Assembly: GCF_018350175.1 (NCBI RefSeq)
Contig: NC_058372.1
Span: forward strand, 98,520,001 to 98,584,000
DNA from: Felis catus
Taxonomy: Eukaryota
Direction: 5' to 3'
DNA length: 64,000 nt
Under the pieces are notes generated by a model. That model did no database searches and was not told the DNA's origin. It worked only from the letters and a program-made list of their open reading frames with translations. The position numbers and the translations under genes are program-made. Shown piece after piece: positions 1 through 13,678 of the stretch; the stretch's first letter is position 1, and each line of letters opens with the position of its first letter.

Positions 1-583
1 TAGGGGTTGTGTAGTATATTCTTTTCTTTCTAAAGCTAGCATCTTATAATAGAATATATATGTACGTAATATTTATATAAGTTATGGGGAGTAATAAAAC
101 ACCAATGAACTGCCTCATACAGTTTAAAAACCAGAACATTATCAACATGATTTTTGCTTAGCACACTTACTGGCTTGCATTCCTACCCAGAAACCTAAAT
201 CTTCTCATGGAAATTCACCCTGTTTGCCATCATCACATTAATTTCCTTAATATATTTCTTTAATTATGTCACTCTCATGCTTGAGAAAATTTTCTCTTGT
301 TAATAAAGTATCAATTTTCTCAGAATTAAAGGACTTAGGTCAATTTTTCTCCTGTTTTAATAGGACTTTTTTTTTCTTGAAAGAACGGACAAAAATTACG
401 GTTATTCAGCTTTGGATATTTGGCAGACATTTTATAAAAAGTGAATGGAGTGAGCTGGTCATTTCAACTGACAGTATTTGTTGCCAATTATAAAATTCAA
501 GCAAAAACTCAAATTTTAGAAAACATGTATCTATTGCCATAAGCTTTACAACTTCCTGATTTTTAAAACTTTTCTTGATGATG

Positions 584-803
584 GGGGTGCCTGGGTGGCT
601 CAGCTGGTTAAGCACCTGACTTTGGCCAGGTCATGATCTCATGGTTCATGGGTTCAGGCCCTGCATCAGGCTCTGTGCTGACAGCTCAGAGACTGGAGTC
701 TGCTTCAGATTTTGTGGCTCCCTCTCTCTCTGCCCCTCGCCTGCTCATGCTCTGTCTCTCTCTCTCTCAAAAAATGAATAAACATCAAAAAAAAATTTTT
801 TTT
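584..803 (+). mobile_element. Can-SINE
   Basis: GGGGTGCCTGGGTGGCTCAG head, CT tract, A-tail; TSD AAACTTTTCTTGATGA. Confidence 0.92.
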
Positions 804-986
804 AAACTTTTCTTGATGAACTTGGTGGTGACATTAACAAAAGTGATATTCTGGTATTGTATAATGAAAAGTGTTGACATTTGGAAGATCTGCACAACTA
901 GTGAACTAATATTTTCCTAATAATTACTGCATAGTACACCTCCAAATCATGCATGCATTCCAAGTTCAAGGTAGACCATGGATTTT

Positions 987-1196
987 ATTTATTTATTTAT
1001 TTTAAATGGTTATTTATTTTTGATAGAAGGGGAGAGAGAGAACAAGCGGGGGACGGGCAGAGAGGGGAACAGAGGATCTGAAGCAGTCTCTGTGCTGACA
1101 GCAGAGAGCCCCATGCAGGGCTCAAACTCAGGAAGCCTGACATCATGACCTAAGCCGAACTCAGATGCTTAACTGACTGAGCCACTCAGGTGCCCT
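987..1196 (-). mobile_element. Can-SINE
   Basis: Antisense head and tail; imperfect TSD TAGACCA..GGATTTTA. Confidence 0.88.
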
Positions 1197-2177
1197 TAGA
1201 CCAACGGATTTTAATGTAACAGAGTTAGAAAAGGTCCTTGATATCATTTCAGATTCTATAATGTAAATAACCTTTAAGAAACTTACCCTTGGTGAGTTTT
1301 GATGTAGGATCAATTATTCTAAAGGCTATTAAAATATACTTTCCTTTTCTAACTACGTATCTGTGAAACTGGGTTTTCCTCATACATTTCAACAGAAACA
1401 ATGAATTGCAACAGATTAAGCAGAAGGAGACAGGAGAACCCAGCCAGCTAGGTCTTCTCTTAAGTCAGACATTAAAGAGATTTGCAAAAATATAAAACAA
1501 TACCACTCTTCTAAGTTTTTTGTTTTGAAGATTACAATTATTTTTTTAATAAAATATGCTATTAATGCAAACATGTGATGTTTTGTTATGATTTTTAAAC
1601 AAATATTTTAAACATTTCTTAGTTTTAATTTCTAATATGATAAATATTGATGTATATAACCCACGTAAGCAAAAGCTCTTTTGGGGCCTCAACAAATCTT
1701 ATAAGTATGAAGGAGTCTTAAAACTAAAAAGTTTGAGAACTGCTATGCAATGTCTAGAATAGTATGACTAAAGAAACAGTTATTAAGCATCTGTTGATAG
1801 ATGAATGAATGTGTCTAATAAGCCAACCTCAAAATCCTCACTTGAGAACATGCTTATTACATACTCTTTTTTTCAATTTTACAAAAGCAGACCGAAAACT
1901 ATCATGGCAATCCAAAATCTCATGAAATCCTTAGGCATTTCTCCTAAGATTTTTCAAACACTATGTATTGGATGCTACCCAGAGAAGCAGTCGTAAGTAG
2001 TTTGACTTCAAAAGGCAGAAAGGGAGATTTATTATCTTTAGTTCTGGATATACGAGCTATAATTATGATTCCCTCCCGTCTTGCTACAATGTTTAATTTC
2101 CAACTTGGCTTATTTGTTTGCTTTTGCTGTTGTCTTTAAAAGACTGAAATATGGTTGTATTCTAAGGCATCCATTCT

Positions 2178-2375
2178 TTTTATTATTTTTTTATTCTCAA
2201 GTTAGTTAACATACAGTGTATTCTTGGTTTCAGGAGTAGAACCCAGTGATTTATCCCTGACATATAACACCCAGTGCTCATCCTAACATGTGCCCTCCTT
2301 AATGCCCATTACCCATTTACCCCATTCCCATCAACCCTCGTTTGTTCTCTGTATTTAAGACTCTCTTACGGTTTG
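2178..2375 (-). mobile_element. Carnivore L1 3' end fragment
   Basis: ACACCCAGTGCTCATC 3'UTR motif; TSD CTAAGGCATCCATTCT at 2162-2177 and 2376-2391. Confidence 0.88.
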
Positions 2376-3037
2376 CTAAGGCATCCATTCTATTCAAGGT
2401 TCCTTAAATGAACCCAACACACTCCTGCAAAAATTTAGCTACTGCATGCATTGGCACCGTCTCAGGAACTGGGCAAGACCTTTCTCCACTTGCCTCCTCC
2501 TGCTGTTCTTGCTTTTTGTTCCCCTGGCTTCCCCCTTCCCTAGTTTGGTTTGGATTCTATTGCTAAATTATCCTCCACTTGATTAACAACCTTATTGGAA
2601 CTTGTCAAGGTATTGAGATATGATGGCTGGCATTAAGCCATCACATTTTGAGGGTGAGTACTGTGGTGAAGGGGACTGCATGGCCTAGCCCTAGGTTGAA
2701 TTCAACTCTTGTCCAGATCATCTCTCCTGATCAGATATTGTCAGAGAACATCAGTCTCCAGAGTTCATGTCTTCCTCTTCTAAACAACAGGGGGATTACA
2801 CAATACTTCTGTCCCTCTCATTCCCTCTGCTGGCAATGCTGCCCAACATCTGTGTATTACAAATGAATGATGGAAGCTTAACACTCTGTGTGCTGTGCTC
2901 ATCAGCACCCTGTGTATTACTACAATCGCTGCCAGTGCTTGAACAGCTTATCAGGCATTCCAAGTGCAACTGTTTGTAGGTATCCTAAACCTCAGGTGTA
3001 CATGTATATTGGAATGAGTTTAAAACTTGGTCTCTTT

Positions 3038-3230
3038 TGGGGCGCCTGGGTGGCTCAATCAGTTAAGCATCCAACTTCGGCTCAGGTCATAATCTCATGG
3101 TTCACAAGTTCAAGCCCCGTGTTGGGCTCTGTGCTGACAGCTCAGGGCCTGCAGCCTGCTTCAGAGTCTGTCTCTCTCTCTCTGCCCCTTCCCTGCTCAC
3201 GGTCTGTCTTTCTCGAAAATAAAATTAAAA
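3038..3230 (+). mobile_element. Can-SINE
   Basis: tRNA-like head, CT tract, A-tail; imperfect TSD AAAACTTG. Confidence 0.9.
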
Positions 3231-5501
3231 AAACTTGCTCTTTCCTAGTGGAAGCAGCAGAAAAGTGGGTTGTTTCCACGGTGTTTGGTTCTCACCTGAT
3301 AGACCAGTATTTGGGCTGCCTGAATTTTCTGAGTGATGCGTTTTAGGGTTTTACCCATTGAGAGGTAGCCAGTATCATAATATCCAGACCCTAGGAATGT
3401 ATCTATGGAAGAGATGTGGGAGAGTGGAAGAGCTTAGTTCTCTAGACCCAATTCTGGAAAGACATCATGAGGATACTTCCTGATAGATGGACCAGAGCTG
3501 CCAACCCCACTGCCAACCTCTCTAACCCCAGAGACATGTGTGGAGATGGAAGCATAGATAAGGACTTCCCCTCCCTGTCCCGTATCTCCTTGACACTGTT
3601 ACCAAACCCTTGCCCTCAATGCTGAAGATGGAGGAATGAAAGACCTCACACCACTCCTTGCTGCAAGGCTCTGATGTACTATCATGGGCAGAATAGACAC
3701 TCTGCAGTCTAGTGCTCAGCCTGCATCACCCCCACCAAGGAAAAGCTGAAATACTGTCCATATGGCTGCCCAGGGGAAACTGACTGGCCCATGCCATCAC
3801 TTTGTCCTCACTTCCTGGTTCAGTAGAATGAATTCCCACTTTTGCAAAACTGAAGATGGCATGCTACTGCTTTCAGACTGAAGTGACGTGAGATTCAGAG
3901 ACATCAGGTAACTTATGTCCATCCAGCCTTAATATATACCTGATGTCATGCCAGCCTGATATGAGTGGATACACTGGTGACCAATGACTTCCAAGACAAT
4001 CTACTATGTGATACACCTGGGGCAGGGAATGCCCAGATTAGGGCTGTCTATCACTTACTGGAGAAAACGAGTTTTCTGGAGTCCAGAAACAGGGAGCAGA
4101 AAGGGACTTCTTAGGATGCCCAGGCATTGGCTCTACCTTTTTCTCTTGGGTGAGGAAGTAGTTCAAGGAAACTGATTTTGGCCCAAGGCCAACACAGCAT
4201 GACAGGTTGTGAATGAAAGGATTATAATTATAGATTGTGTAAGTTCCTTCTAAATAGCTATAAAAGTTCCAAGTATAAAAGGCTCTGGTATAGAAAAAAA
4301 AAAAATAAGATTCAATCCGGCAATACTCTACTGGGCAGTGTTCCCAGCAGTGCACATCTATCTGTCTTTAGGGATTTTAGAGTCATCAGTTACCCAGCCT
4401 CACCTAGACCCTGGCCAGAGTTAATATCCCTGTTTTGAAAGCTCTTCACTTCCAATTTTGTTTCAATTTTTGTTTCTACCAGGCTGTTGGGTAGGACTAG
4501 ACATCAGAAAGAATTCTTGCTGAGCAGAGACTTTTAAACTGCATTTAGTAGAGTGCAAAGTTGCACAGAAATTCCTCTGGGGACGTTACACAATAGGTGA
4601 GGGGAGTCTGGGCAGAAGAGGCTCTAGGTCCTGCCCCCACTACAGCCTTTAAATGAGCCCAGTTGTGCATGCCTAGAGCACAGGCATGCAATTACATGCT
4701 GAGAGTGTGGCCCTCAGATTCAAGAAATCACTTATACTGCCAGCTCCCAGGACACACACCAGTACACAGCATGTCTAGGGGAAAGAGGAATACATTAAAT
4801 GCTACGAGGGGATGCAGTCAGCAAAATCCAGAATGTAGGAAACTCTTATTAAACACATATAACTAGCTTTTTCAAAAAAGAAAACACAAGGTGATAGAAA
4901 GAGGTAGAGGGCATTTATACATTAAAAGGGATTTGAGACATACCAATCAATTGCAATGCGTGAAACTTGGTTGGATCCTGCTTCCAAAAACAAACACAAC
5001 AAAACAAAAATTAAAAAAAAAAAAAACTCAAAAATCAGCTAGAAAAAAATATATACAAGGCAAATAATGACATCACAGAGTGATTAGTAGGTGATTTACT
5101 ATTAATTTTTTAGGTATGGTAATGTGAAACTAGGTTTAAAATAGTCCTTAACTTTCTGAGATATATACTAAAGCATTTAAAGATGAACTGATATGATATG
5201 AATTAGTTTCAAAATAAAGTAGGTTTGGGACAAATGTGGGTAGGAGTTTACATAAAACAAGATTAGATGAGAGTTATTGAAGCCGGGTGATGGATACATG
5301 GGGGGAATTTTATATAATCTCTTTACTTTTGTTTGACATTTTCCATAAGAGGTTAAAAAGGTTATGACCATCATAAATGGCATAGCTGAGTAGGTTTATT
5401 TTTTCATTTTTTTCTTTCTTTTTGCCAATATTTATAAATTTATACCATCTTTGTGTTGACCATGTAAAATACTCTAAATTTTTCAAAAAGTAAGGTGTGA
5501 T

Positions 5502-5745
5502 GGGGGCGCCTGGGTGGCGCAGTCGGTTAAGCGTCCGACTTCAGCCAGGTCACTGTCTCGCGGTCTGTGAGTTCGAGCCCCGCGTCAGGCTCTGGGCTGA
5601 TGGCTCAGAGCCTGGAGCCTGCTTCCGATTCTGTGTCTCCCTCTCTCTCTGCCCCTCCCCCGTTCATGCGTTCATGCTCTCTCTCTCTCTCTCTCTCTCT
5701 GTCCCAAAAATAAATAAAAGTTGAAAAAAAAAATTAAAAAAAAAA
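5502..5745 (+). mobile_element. Young Can-SINE (SINEC_Fc type)
   Basis: CpG-rich head with TTCAGCCAGGTCAC; TSD AAGGTGTGATG. Confidence 0.93.
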
Positions 5746-6937
5746 AAGGTGTGATGAAGTGTAAACAAAAAAGATATTTGCCTACCTATCTGTATGATTG
5801 TGTCAGTTTCAATCATTATGATTTTTAAGGTCACTTATTGACCTGTGTTGGAATTGTCACTGTCCTTTTTACCTTTTTACTCATTTAACCTCCCACATTC
5901 TGGGTGTTTTTCCCAAGTTCATCTTCTTTATCACTGAACAACAGAAAGACTGATAGAGTGTAAGTATATATACAATATATATACTAGAGAGATGATATAT
6001 ATATATCTATGAATGGATGGACAGATATTGTTCATTCTATACATCATCTATATGTAGAGAAATCTTTCTACCTATAGATATGAATGATACATAGTTTGCA
6101 GTGACAAGTTGCTTTTGCTACTTCCATTATTGATTTGCTTCTGTAATCATGGTTTTTACTTTACTGCATTTTATTTTTATCTCTCTATTTTAATAGTCAC
6201 CATGTCTTCTCTATAACGCAGCTAAGTTTTTCTTCTTTCATTCAATAAATCTATTTCAGGTAGCTGATTTTCTTCCCAGCAAATCTTTATTCTTCTTCCT
6301 TCTTTTGCAAATGTCACAGGATTTGTTCTTTTCTGTTTAGTCATTCTGAGCTTAGGTAGTCTTTGTCTTGAGAAATTAGGCCCCAACCCCCTGCTGAGCA
6401 TCTGTTTGAATGTAGAGAGACTTCTTGGGTCCAGAGTGAGAGGGTAGACTGGATAAGCAGACTGAAGCCTGCCAATATCTGGAGCCAGAGGCTAAGCTGG
6501 TGCCATGCTAGTTCCCACTCCTGCCTTGTAAGTATAGGTTAATGCAGAGAAGCCTAGCCATAGACAGGACTTCGTAATAAAACTGAATGAATGGGAAAGC
6601 AGTCAGCAGAGGCTGTCACCACCGTGAGAAGTACCACAGCAGAGTGTCGATGCTTTTGCTGGATAACACGATGCTCGCAGAAGATTGAACAATTTAAACT
6701 TATCTATTTATTTATGTTACAAGGGTAGAATCTGAAGAATACTGAATAATTGAATTGAATCTGAATAATGAAGTAAACAAGCAAAGAAAAGTATCTAAAC
6801 CGCTTAACTGAACTCAGGCTCTGGGATTCCTGCAAGAGGGCAAAGGAAAGAGCAACTCCAGAACTTATGTGTGCCTCAGCTAAAGCATGAATTTTAAGGC
6901 TGCTTTGATAGCCACCAATTTATAAAAATAAACATAC

Positions 6938-7034
6938 CAAAGTGAGAAACTTCCAGGGAGTTGAGCTTCTCCAACATTAGCTTCATGACAAGTTCATCTG
7001 GAATGCTTTGACCACCGAGCAGCATTGATTGCAA
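6938..7034 (-). CDS. AK9: AK9 fourth coding exon (97 nt): LQSMLLGGQSIPDELVMKLMLEKLNSLEVSHF(G)
   Basis: ttcttAG acceptor, GTATGT donor; adenylate kinase NMP-binding GxxIPDE-like motif; follows a 99-nt intron. Confidence 0.94.
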
Positions 7035-7133
7035 CTAAGAACATGCACAGATAGCACACATTAGAATATAATATATTTGTGATACAGAGCTTCTTTAAAC
7101 AAAAATTCTAATAACTTTGAGACTTAGATTTAC

Positions 7134-7186
7134 CATAACTCCTGATTCAGTTTCACTGGCAATCTGTTCTTCCAAAATTGGTAAAG
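7134..7186 (-). CDS. AK9: AK9 third coding exon (53 nt): (A)LPILEEQIASETESGVM
   Basis: attttAG acceptor, GTAAAT donor; phase 1 to 0, frame continuous. Confidence 0.92.
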
Positions 7187-7257
7187 CTAAAATATGAATT
7201 CAAAATGTTAGCACAAACAGATATTAGAATTGCCAAATTAAGAAACACGTTTGTGTT

Positions 7258-7309
7258 TATTTTTAACTTTATTTATTTTGAGAGAGAACATGTACATGAG
7301 TGGGGGAGA

Positions 7310-7366
<57 letters not shown>

Positions 7367-7480
7367 CCCAAGGAGGCTCCCTGCTGTCCACGCCAGCCTC
7401 CAACTCATGAACTCTGAGATCATGACCGCAACTGAAACCAAGAGTTGGACACTTAACCAACTGAGCCACCCAGGCACCCC
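7258..7480 (-). mobile_element. Can-SINE with expanded (GA)n, about 70 nt from an AK9 acceptor
   Basis: Antisense head ending CAGGCACCCC; TSD TTTGTGT. Confidence 0.9.
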
Positions 7481-7831
7481 ATATTTGTGTCTTTTATAAC
7501 TGGTAACAAAGATTAATTTTGTTAATTAAAGATTAGTTAAATATTTGTATATCACTTTAAGAGTTTACAAAACACATTTACATACATTATGTCATTTAAG
7601 CCTATCCAAAGCATGAGGCAGCAGAAAGTATTCCACAGAGAACTTGTCTCTGCCCCTGGATAGCTAAAGGATCTTGAGGAAGCTAACTTCTTAAATGCTT
7701 TGGGCCTTGTATGCTTATGCCCTGTATCATATGCAAGAGAATATGAGGATGAAAAGCATTGTGTATATGACAGTGATTTGGAAATTATAAAGTGTTACTC
7801 AAAAGAATACACTAGTATTATTAGTCCAGTT

Positions 7832-7980
7832 CCTTTTTTTATGTCAAACCCTTTATTTTATGTTTTCTTTTTTTCTTTTTAAGTTTTTGTTTAAACTCTG
7901 TTCAGTTACCATACAGTGCAATACTGGTTTCAGTAGAATTCAGTGATTCATCATTTACCTACAACACCCAGTGCTCATCG
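7832..7980 (-). mobile_element. Carnivore L1 extreme 3' fragment
   Basis: T-rich tail plus 3'UTR motif; imperfect TSD TAGTCCAG. Confidence 0.7.
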
Positions 7981-8468
7981 TAATAGTCCAGATAATTTTA
8001 TAACCACAGAGTTATATCTAGAACCCATTAATTTTGCACTCTGATTATATGAAAGGAAAGAATGCCATCAAGAAATGTAAAAATAGATAAGCACTGATTA
8101 GAAAAAGGGGGCCTGAGGTTAGAATTCCAATGATTTGTTTCCTTTTTAAGAGGAAATATTCCATCCCTTGTGGAAGACATCCTGGGACAGAAATGACAGG
8201 GGCATGACCTAGGGAAGGACTCAGAAATTATGTTCCCAGCTGCTAGTAATCAATGGATTGTGCTGTACCAGATTGCAATTTCATTAACAGCACATGGAAT
8301 CCTCATTTCATACCATTCTTGCCAAAAATGATTATAAGAACTTTAAAGATTCCTTGTCAGTTTCATAGGTGAATATGAATCAGTGTTATTTTAATTAGCA
8401 TTTCTTTGAAAAAAATGGAGTTAAATTCTTTTTTCTTATATTTGTCTATTTTTATTTCTACTTAAAAA

Positions 8469-8894
8469 TTTTTTTTTTAACATTTATTTATTTTTGAGAC
8501 AGAGAGAGACTGAGCATGAACGGGGGAGGGTCAGAGAGAGGGAGACACAGAATCTGAAACAGGCTCCGGGCTCTGAGCTGTCAGCACAGGGGCCCGATGC
8601 GGGGCTCGAACTCACAGACCGCGAGATCGTGACCTGAGCTGAAGTCGGCGCTCAACCAACTGAGCCACCCAGGCGCCCCAATTTTTATTTCTACTTAAAA
8701 AAAAAGTTTATTTTGAGAGAGAGAGCATGAGTATGGGGAGAGGCAGAGAAAGAGGGAGAGAGAGAAAATCCTAAGCAGGCTCCATGCTGTCAGCATGAAG
8801 CCCAAAGAAGGGCTTTATCCCACAAATTGTGAGATCATGACCTGAGCTGAAATCAAGAGTTGGACGCTTAACCAGCATGCCACCCAGGTGCCCC
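8469..8894 (-). mobile_element. Two tandem Can-SINEs (8469-8679 and 8700-8894)
   Basis: Two heads and two tails; TATTTCTACTT present three times. Confidence 0.92.
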
Positions 8895-9454
8895 TATTTC
8901 TACTTTTATGAATTGCTATTCATTCTTCTGCTTATTTTTCTATTAGGACATATAGAGCTGTACTGATTAAAAGAATATTTTATATAAAGATGTCAGTCCT
9001 CATTTTATATACTGCAAAGAATGCAAAACAAAATAAAAAATAAAATTTATCATCAAAAATATTAAGTCTTGAAACATGCTCCCAAGAGCAGCTGTGAGCG
9101 TTCCTTCTCTTCCCATCTTCCATAGGGAGACACTTAAAACACACATATCCCCAGCAGGTCTAAATGAGAAAATTAGAGAATTGGAGGCAGAAGAATGGAG
9201 TCAAAGACATTTCATAAACCATCCTAAAGTCTATGAACAAAACTAGGACTAACAGAAAGGCAAAATATGTCTGATGCTATGAAGATTATGAAGATGATAT
9301 TATGAAGATGATATTCACTGGGTTCATAGTGACGTGTGATAAAGCAATTATGGCAAAATGTTAATAACGGAATCTAGATAGTACAATTCTTTACCTTTTC
9401 ATGCATATTTGAAAGTTTTATAATAAAATATTGGGGGGGGCAGGTAAAATTTAC

Positions 9455-9518
9455 CTTCTACACGAATACATTTCCATGCTTGTGTTATCTGACGGGCTAA
9501 GGTTGTCTTCCCAACCCC
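9455..9518 (-). CDS. AK9: AK9 second coding exon (64 nt): GVGKTTLARQITQAWKCIRVE
   Basis: ttttttAG acceptor, GTAAAT donor; completes Walker A / P-loop GKPGVGKT across the junction. Confidence 0.94.
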
Positions 9519-10805
9519 CTAAAAAAGAAAGATGTTATTTAAAACCCAAAAGAACAGTCATTTGCCAGAGAAATAGATACTCACATTTAAAAGATTATAT
9601 TCATGGTTACAATACATGAATATTATCAAGTAAATTTTTTGTTGACAAAAAAAAAAATGAACAGCAGACCTTAGATATTTATAGCATAACTTTTCTCTAT
9701 AAGAGTCACATTTGCCACATTTTATGAAATGATTTAAATAACATTTTTAAATTAAGAAAATATCCCTGAAACCAGGAAGCTGTACCATTATGGCATTACA
9801 GGTACTGTCCTCTTTTGATTATCAAATTTTGTAATTTTGAATACATATCATGATGCTACTGAAACCCGTCACTTTATTTCCCTTCTAAAGTTTATAACTA
9901 TGAATGTTTTGAAAGACTTCCATTTAGTAACTTCCAAGAGCAAAAAATTCCTTCTTAATGGACATCTATGAAAAGTGTCATCTTTTAAAGATAAAAGATC
10001 ACTTTAATGAAGTAACATTTGTACCTGACTGCTCTTACTGTTGACTCTTAAAACTCTATTACATGTTAAGAAACATAATGAAAATTACTGGAACTATTTC
10101 TTGGTACCTGTCCCAGGGACTACATAAAATTAAATCAAGGATGGGATCTAGCCTTTGGTCTCTGCTATTCTGGGGAGCCTCTTTAATTAACCAGCTCAGT
10201 TTCTCTAATGGTAACTACCAACTAGCTCAATGGCTAAAAATACCTCTCATCTAGAGGTCCTTACTAGAAATGCCTAGAAAGGCAGGCTATCTTATGACAG
10301 CCATTTTTGGTTTCTTTTTATTTTGTGGAAAGATAATATATAGGTCTGCTCATGCACTTTGAGTAAAGGTGAGGCACATTGCCTCTCAGTAGCTTCAGAT
10401 ATTAATGGGAGAGGCTCCCCGTTTGACTCCATAGTGTCTTGCCTTCAAATACCCAGAGAGTCTCACAACAAATTCCACAGAAAATTTTATATGTCAATTG
10501 TGTCTAAAATAACCTGGATCACAGACTACTAACAATTTTCATGGTGCAATGTTTTGATTAATTTCTTCATAATATAAAAACAAAGATAAGTACAATGTCA
10601 GTTCCTTTCCAATTATAAGTGCACAAGAGAAGAGAAAGCTATGAAATTACCATGAATATTATATTAGTTTTTAAGTCATACAACTAAAGTCTAACACTCA
10701 AAGAAGTCATCGTACGATGTCGTTTTCATTCTTGTATGGTAACATAATATTATGATTTTTAAAATAAAAAAAATATTAAATAACAAGTTACAAGAGATAA
10801 CTTAC

Positions 10806-10922
10806 TGGTTTCCCAAATATAACAAAGCAAACAGGTTTAGACAGCAAAAAGTTATATTCAGCTTCATCTTCATTAAATATATCTGCAAAAGGATACTCTT
10901 CTGTATTCTCTTCAGAATTCAT
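10806..10922 (-). CDS. AK9: AK9 adenylate kinase 9, first coding exon: MNSEENTEEYPFADIFNEDEAEYNFLLSKPVCFVIFGKP (whole exon 10806-10933 with 11 nt of 5'UTR)
   Basis: Minus-strand ttcttattgtAG acceptor, ATG at 10922, GTAAG donor; matches the recalled AK9 N-terminus; AK9 is known to lie head-to-head with FIG4. Confidence 0.93.
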
Positions 10923-11861
10923 AATATAAAATACTACAATAAGAAAAAATAAGATTTTTAGTGACTAATTCAGTTGGAAAAGGCAGGCAGGTTAGGGAAA
11001 ATGAGACTATCCTGAGAATTTACTTAGTCCCAAAGCCATTCCACACCACTAAACACAAGGATTTTTCCCATACTGACAAAAAAGTTAAACTCATCTATTA
11101 AAACAGTAATAAGCTTAGTTTGAGACAAAAAGCAAAATCTAGTTATACATTGTACAAGACAGCTAAAACAAAATGTTTCAGAGAGATTAAATTAAGGGAA
11201 AAATACATACATGCAAACATACACATATTTGTGTGTATTCAATTAAAGATCAAATTACATATGCTATGCACATATATATATATTATGCAGTTACACACAC
11301 ACATATGTGTGTGTGTGTGTGTGTACATGTGTAGGGACTACTAATGGGTCTAACAGAAATCCAAATCCAATACGTAGAACTGAAAAAAAAAAAAGAACAT
11401 ATATATAACAATATTTATAAGATGTAGCTAAAGTAGTATTTAGAAGCATTAAATACATTAGAGCCAAAGAAAGTCTGAAAAGTACATGAAATAAGCTCAC
11501 CACTTTTAAGATGTTAGGGGGAAAAAAACCCCAGGAAAAATAGAAAAATATATTTTAAAAGTTAATAAAATAGAAAACATATAGAGAGAGGGTCACCAGA
11601 GCTAAACAGCGGTATTTTGAAAAAACGTAAAAATAGAAAACTTCTGTCAAGATTGTTCAAGTAAAGAAAACAGATGGCACAATTAAACAATATTAGACAT
11701 TAGGTTTTTAGAAGTATGGTTTCTTATATCTCAAAACAGATTTGTCTATTTTTGTTGTTGTTTATTTCTAACTTTCGTTAATCAGAGTATGTTCTTTGAT
11801 TTCAATTTTTCAACTTTTTGAAATTTGTTGAGGCTTGCCTCGTGGCCTAGTGCATGGTAGT

Positions 11862-12071
11862 TTTTTTTTTTTAATGTTTATTTATTTTTGAGAGACAGAG
11901 AGAACATGAGCGGGAGAGAGGCAGATAAAGAGGGAGACACAGAATCCAAAGCAGGCTCCAGGCTCTGAGCTGTCAGCACAGAGCCCGATGCGGGGCTTGA
12001 ACCCACGAACCGTGAGATCATGACCTGAACCAAAGTCGGACGCTTAACCGACTAAGCCACCCTGGCACACC
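11862..12071 (-). mobile_element. Can-SINE
   Basis: TSD AGTGCATGGTAG. Confidence 0.9.
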
Positions 12072-13111
12072 AAGTGCATGGTAGCTTTTTAAAAAGTTCC
12101 CTGATTCCTTGAGAAGGATATGTGATTTATGTCTGATGCAGTGTGCTTTAAATGGACTACAGAATAACAATGCTGCAGACATAATATAGATAATGCGAGG
12201 ATACCACAAACAAGGTTATCCCGAATAAAGTAATATTATTTCTAAGAATTGATAAATTCCTAGAAAAATCAACTTCTCAAGAAAAAAAGAGGAAACCTAA
12301 GTGGTTCTATAACCATAAGGAAACTGACATAAGTCAGTAACTAAAAATCTTCCCACAAAAAGTGTCATTGGAGGAAAGTGGGTGGCAGGACCAGAAGGTG
12401 GGGCTTAGTGTGTTTCTCTTAGGGAGGCCTCTGCCCTGCCAGGGTGTTTACAGAGGCCCTGGGCCCCAATTTCATAGTTTATTTTGACCAAAGACTTTAT
12501 GAGGAGGTGGAGAGCCACCTCTGTTCTGTCAGTTTTTGCTCAGGAAGGGGATGGGGGTAGCCAAAGTCTCGTTGGCTTCTTTGGTTTGAAAATAAATTGT
12601 GTCTTTGGGGAAAAAATAAAAGAAACCAGATGGTTTTTTGAAGAACTCCGGACGTACAAGCTTCCAGATACTCTTTCGGAGAAAAGATAAAGTGGAGACT
12701 TCCAACATTAGTTTACGTATCTCATATAACCTTTACCTAAAGAGAGAGAGTGTGAGAAAGCAAAATTATGTACCAATTTCATTCATGAACAAGATTTAAA
12801 AAATCCTAATCAAAACATTAGCTAACTGAATCCAGCAATAGATGAACAAGGTAATAACATCATGACCAAGTTAGGCTTTCCCCAGGAACTCAAGGTTGTT
12901 GAGAAATTAATTTATCATATTAAAACAAAAGAGAAAAACTACACGATCATCTTAATAGATGTAGAAAAGGTGTAACACAATTCAACACCCTTTAATGATT
13001 AATAAAAATCTCTTAGCAACTAGGAAAAGAGGGGAATTTCTTTAATCTGATAAAAGGTATTAACAAAAGACAAACATATTTAATGATTAAATATTAAAAA
13101 TGTTCTTTTCA

Positions 13112-13312
13112 GGGGTGCCTGGGTTGGTTAAGAATCTGACTCTTGGCTTCAGCTCAGGTCATGATCATAATCTCGTGGTTTCATGGGTTCGAGCCCCACG
13201 TTGGGCTCTGTGCTTGATTGATAGTGTGGAGCCTGTTTGGGATTCTCTCTCTTTGCCCCTCTCCCACTTGCACTGTCTCTGTCTCTCTCAAAATACAAAT
13301 TAGAAAACTTTA
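13112..13312 (+). mobile_element. Can-SINE
   Basis: TSD AAAAATGTTCTTTTCAGG. Confidence 0.88.
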
Positions 13313-13483
13313 AAAAAATGTTCTTTTCAGGTAATAACAAGACAAAAGAAAGAAAACTGTAATTATTCCCAGTTGATATGATTGTCTACATGAGAAACAA
13401 ACATATCACAGATAAATTTTGAGAATTAGCCTGATAACCCAATTTGCTGGATTCAAAATTATACAAAATTCAGTTGCATTTCC

Positions 13484-13678
13484 CTTTTTTTAATATTTGT
13501 TTTTTAATTTTTGAGAGAGCGTGAGCAGGGGAGGGGCAAAGAGAGAGACGGACAGAGTATTAAAAGTGGGCTCTGCACCGACAGCAGTGAGCCCAAAGCG
13601 GGGCTCAAACTCATGAACCGCTAGATCATGACCTGAGCCAAAGCTGGATGCTCAACCAACTGAGCCATCCAGGTGCCC
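13484..13678 (-). mobile_element. Can-SINE
   Basis: TSD TCAGTTGCATTTC. Confidence 0.88.

Larger units (their letters stand above)
270..1745 (+). mobile_element. Decayed hAT-Charlie (Charlie1-like) DNA transposon, interrupted by two SINEs
   Basis: Transposase-like remnant ending in AAAAAGTTTGAGAAC, resembling the recalled Charlie terminal repeat; left boundary approximate. Confidence 0.6.

Noticed and set aside
1..6937. Next AK9 coding exon (GYIITEIP-like)
   Set aside because: No matching minus-strand peptide with splice sites found by eye; probably outside the window
7035..7133. 99-nt AK9 intron as an in-frame retained intron
   Set aside because: Length is a multiple of 3 but the frame hits TAA at codon 13
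7178..7499. ERERER / SLSLSL low-complexity ORFs, and similar SINE ORFs elsewhere
   Set aside because: Translations of Can-SINE (GA)n tracts and consensus sequence
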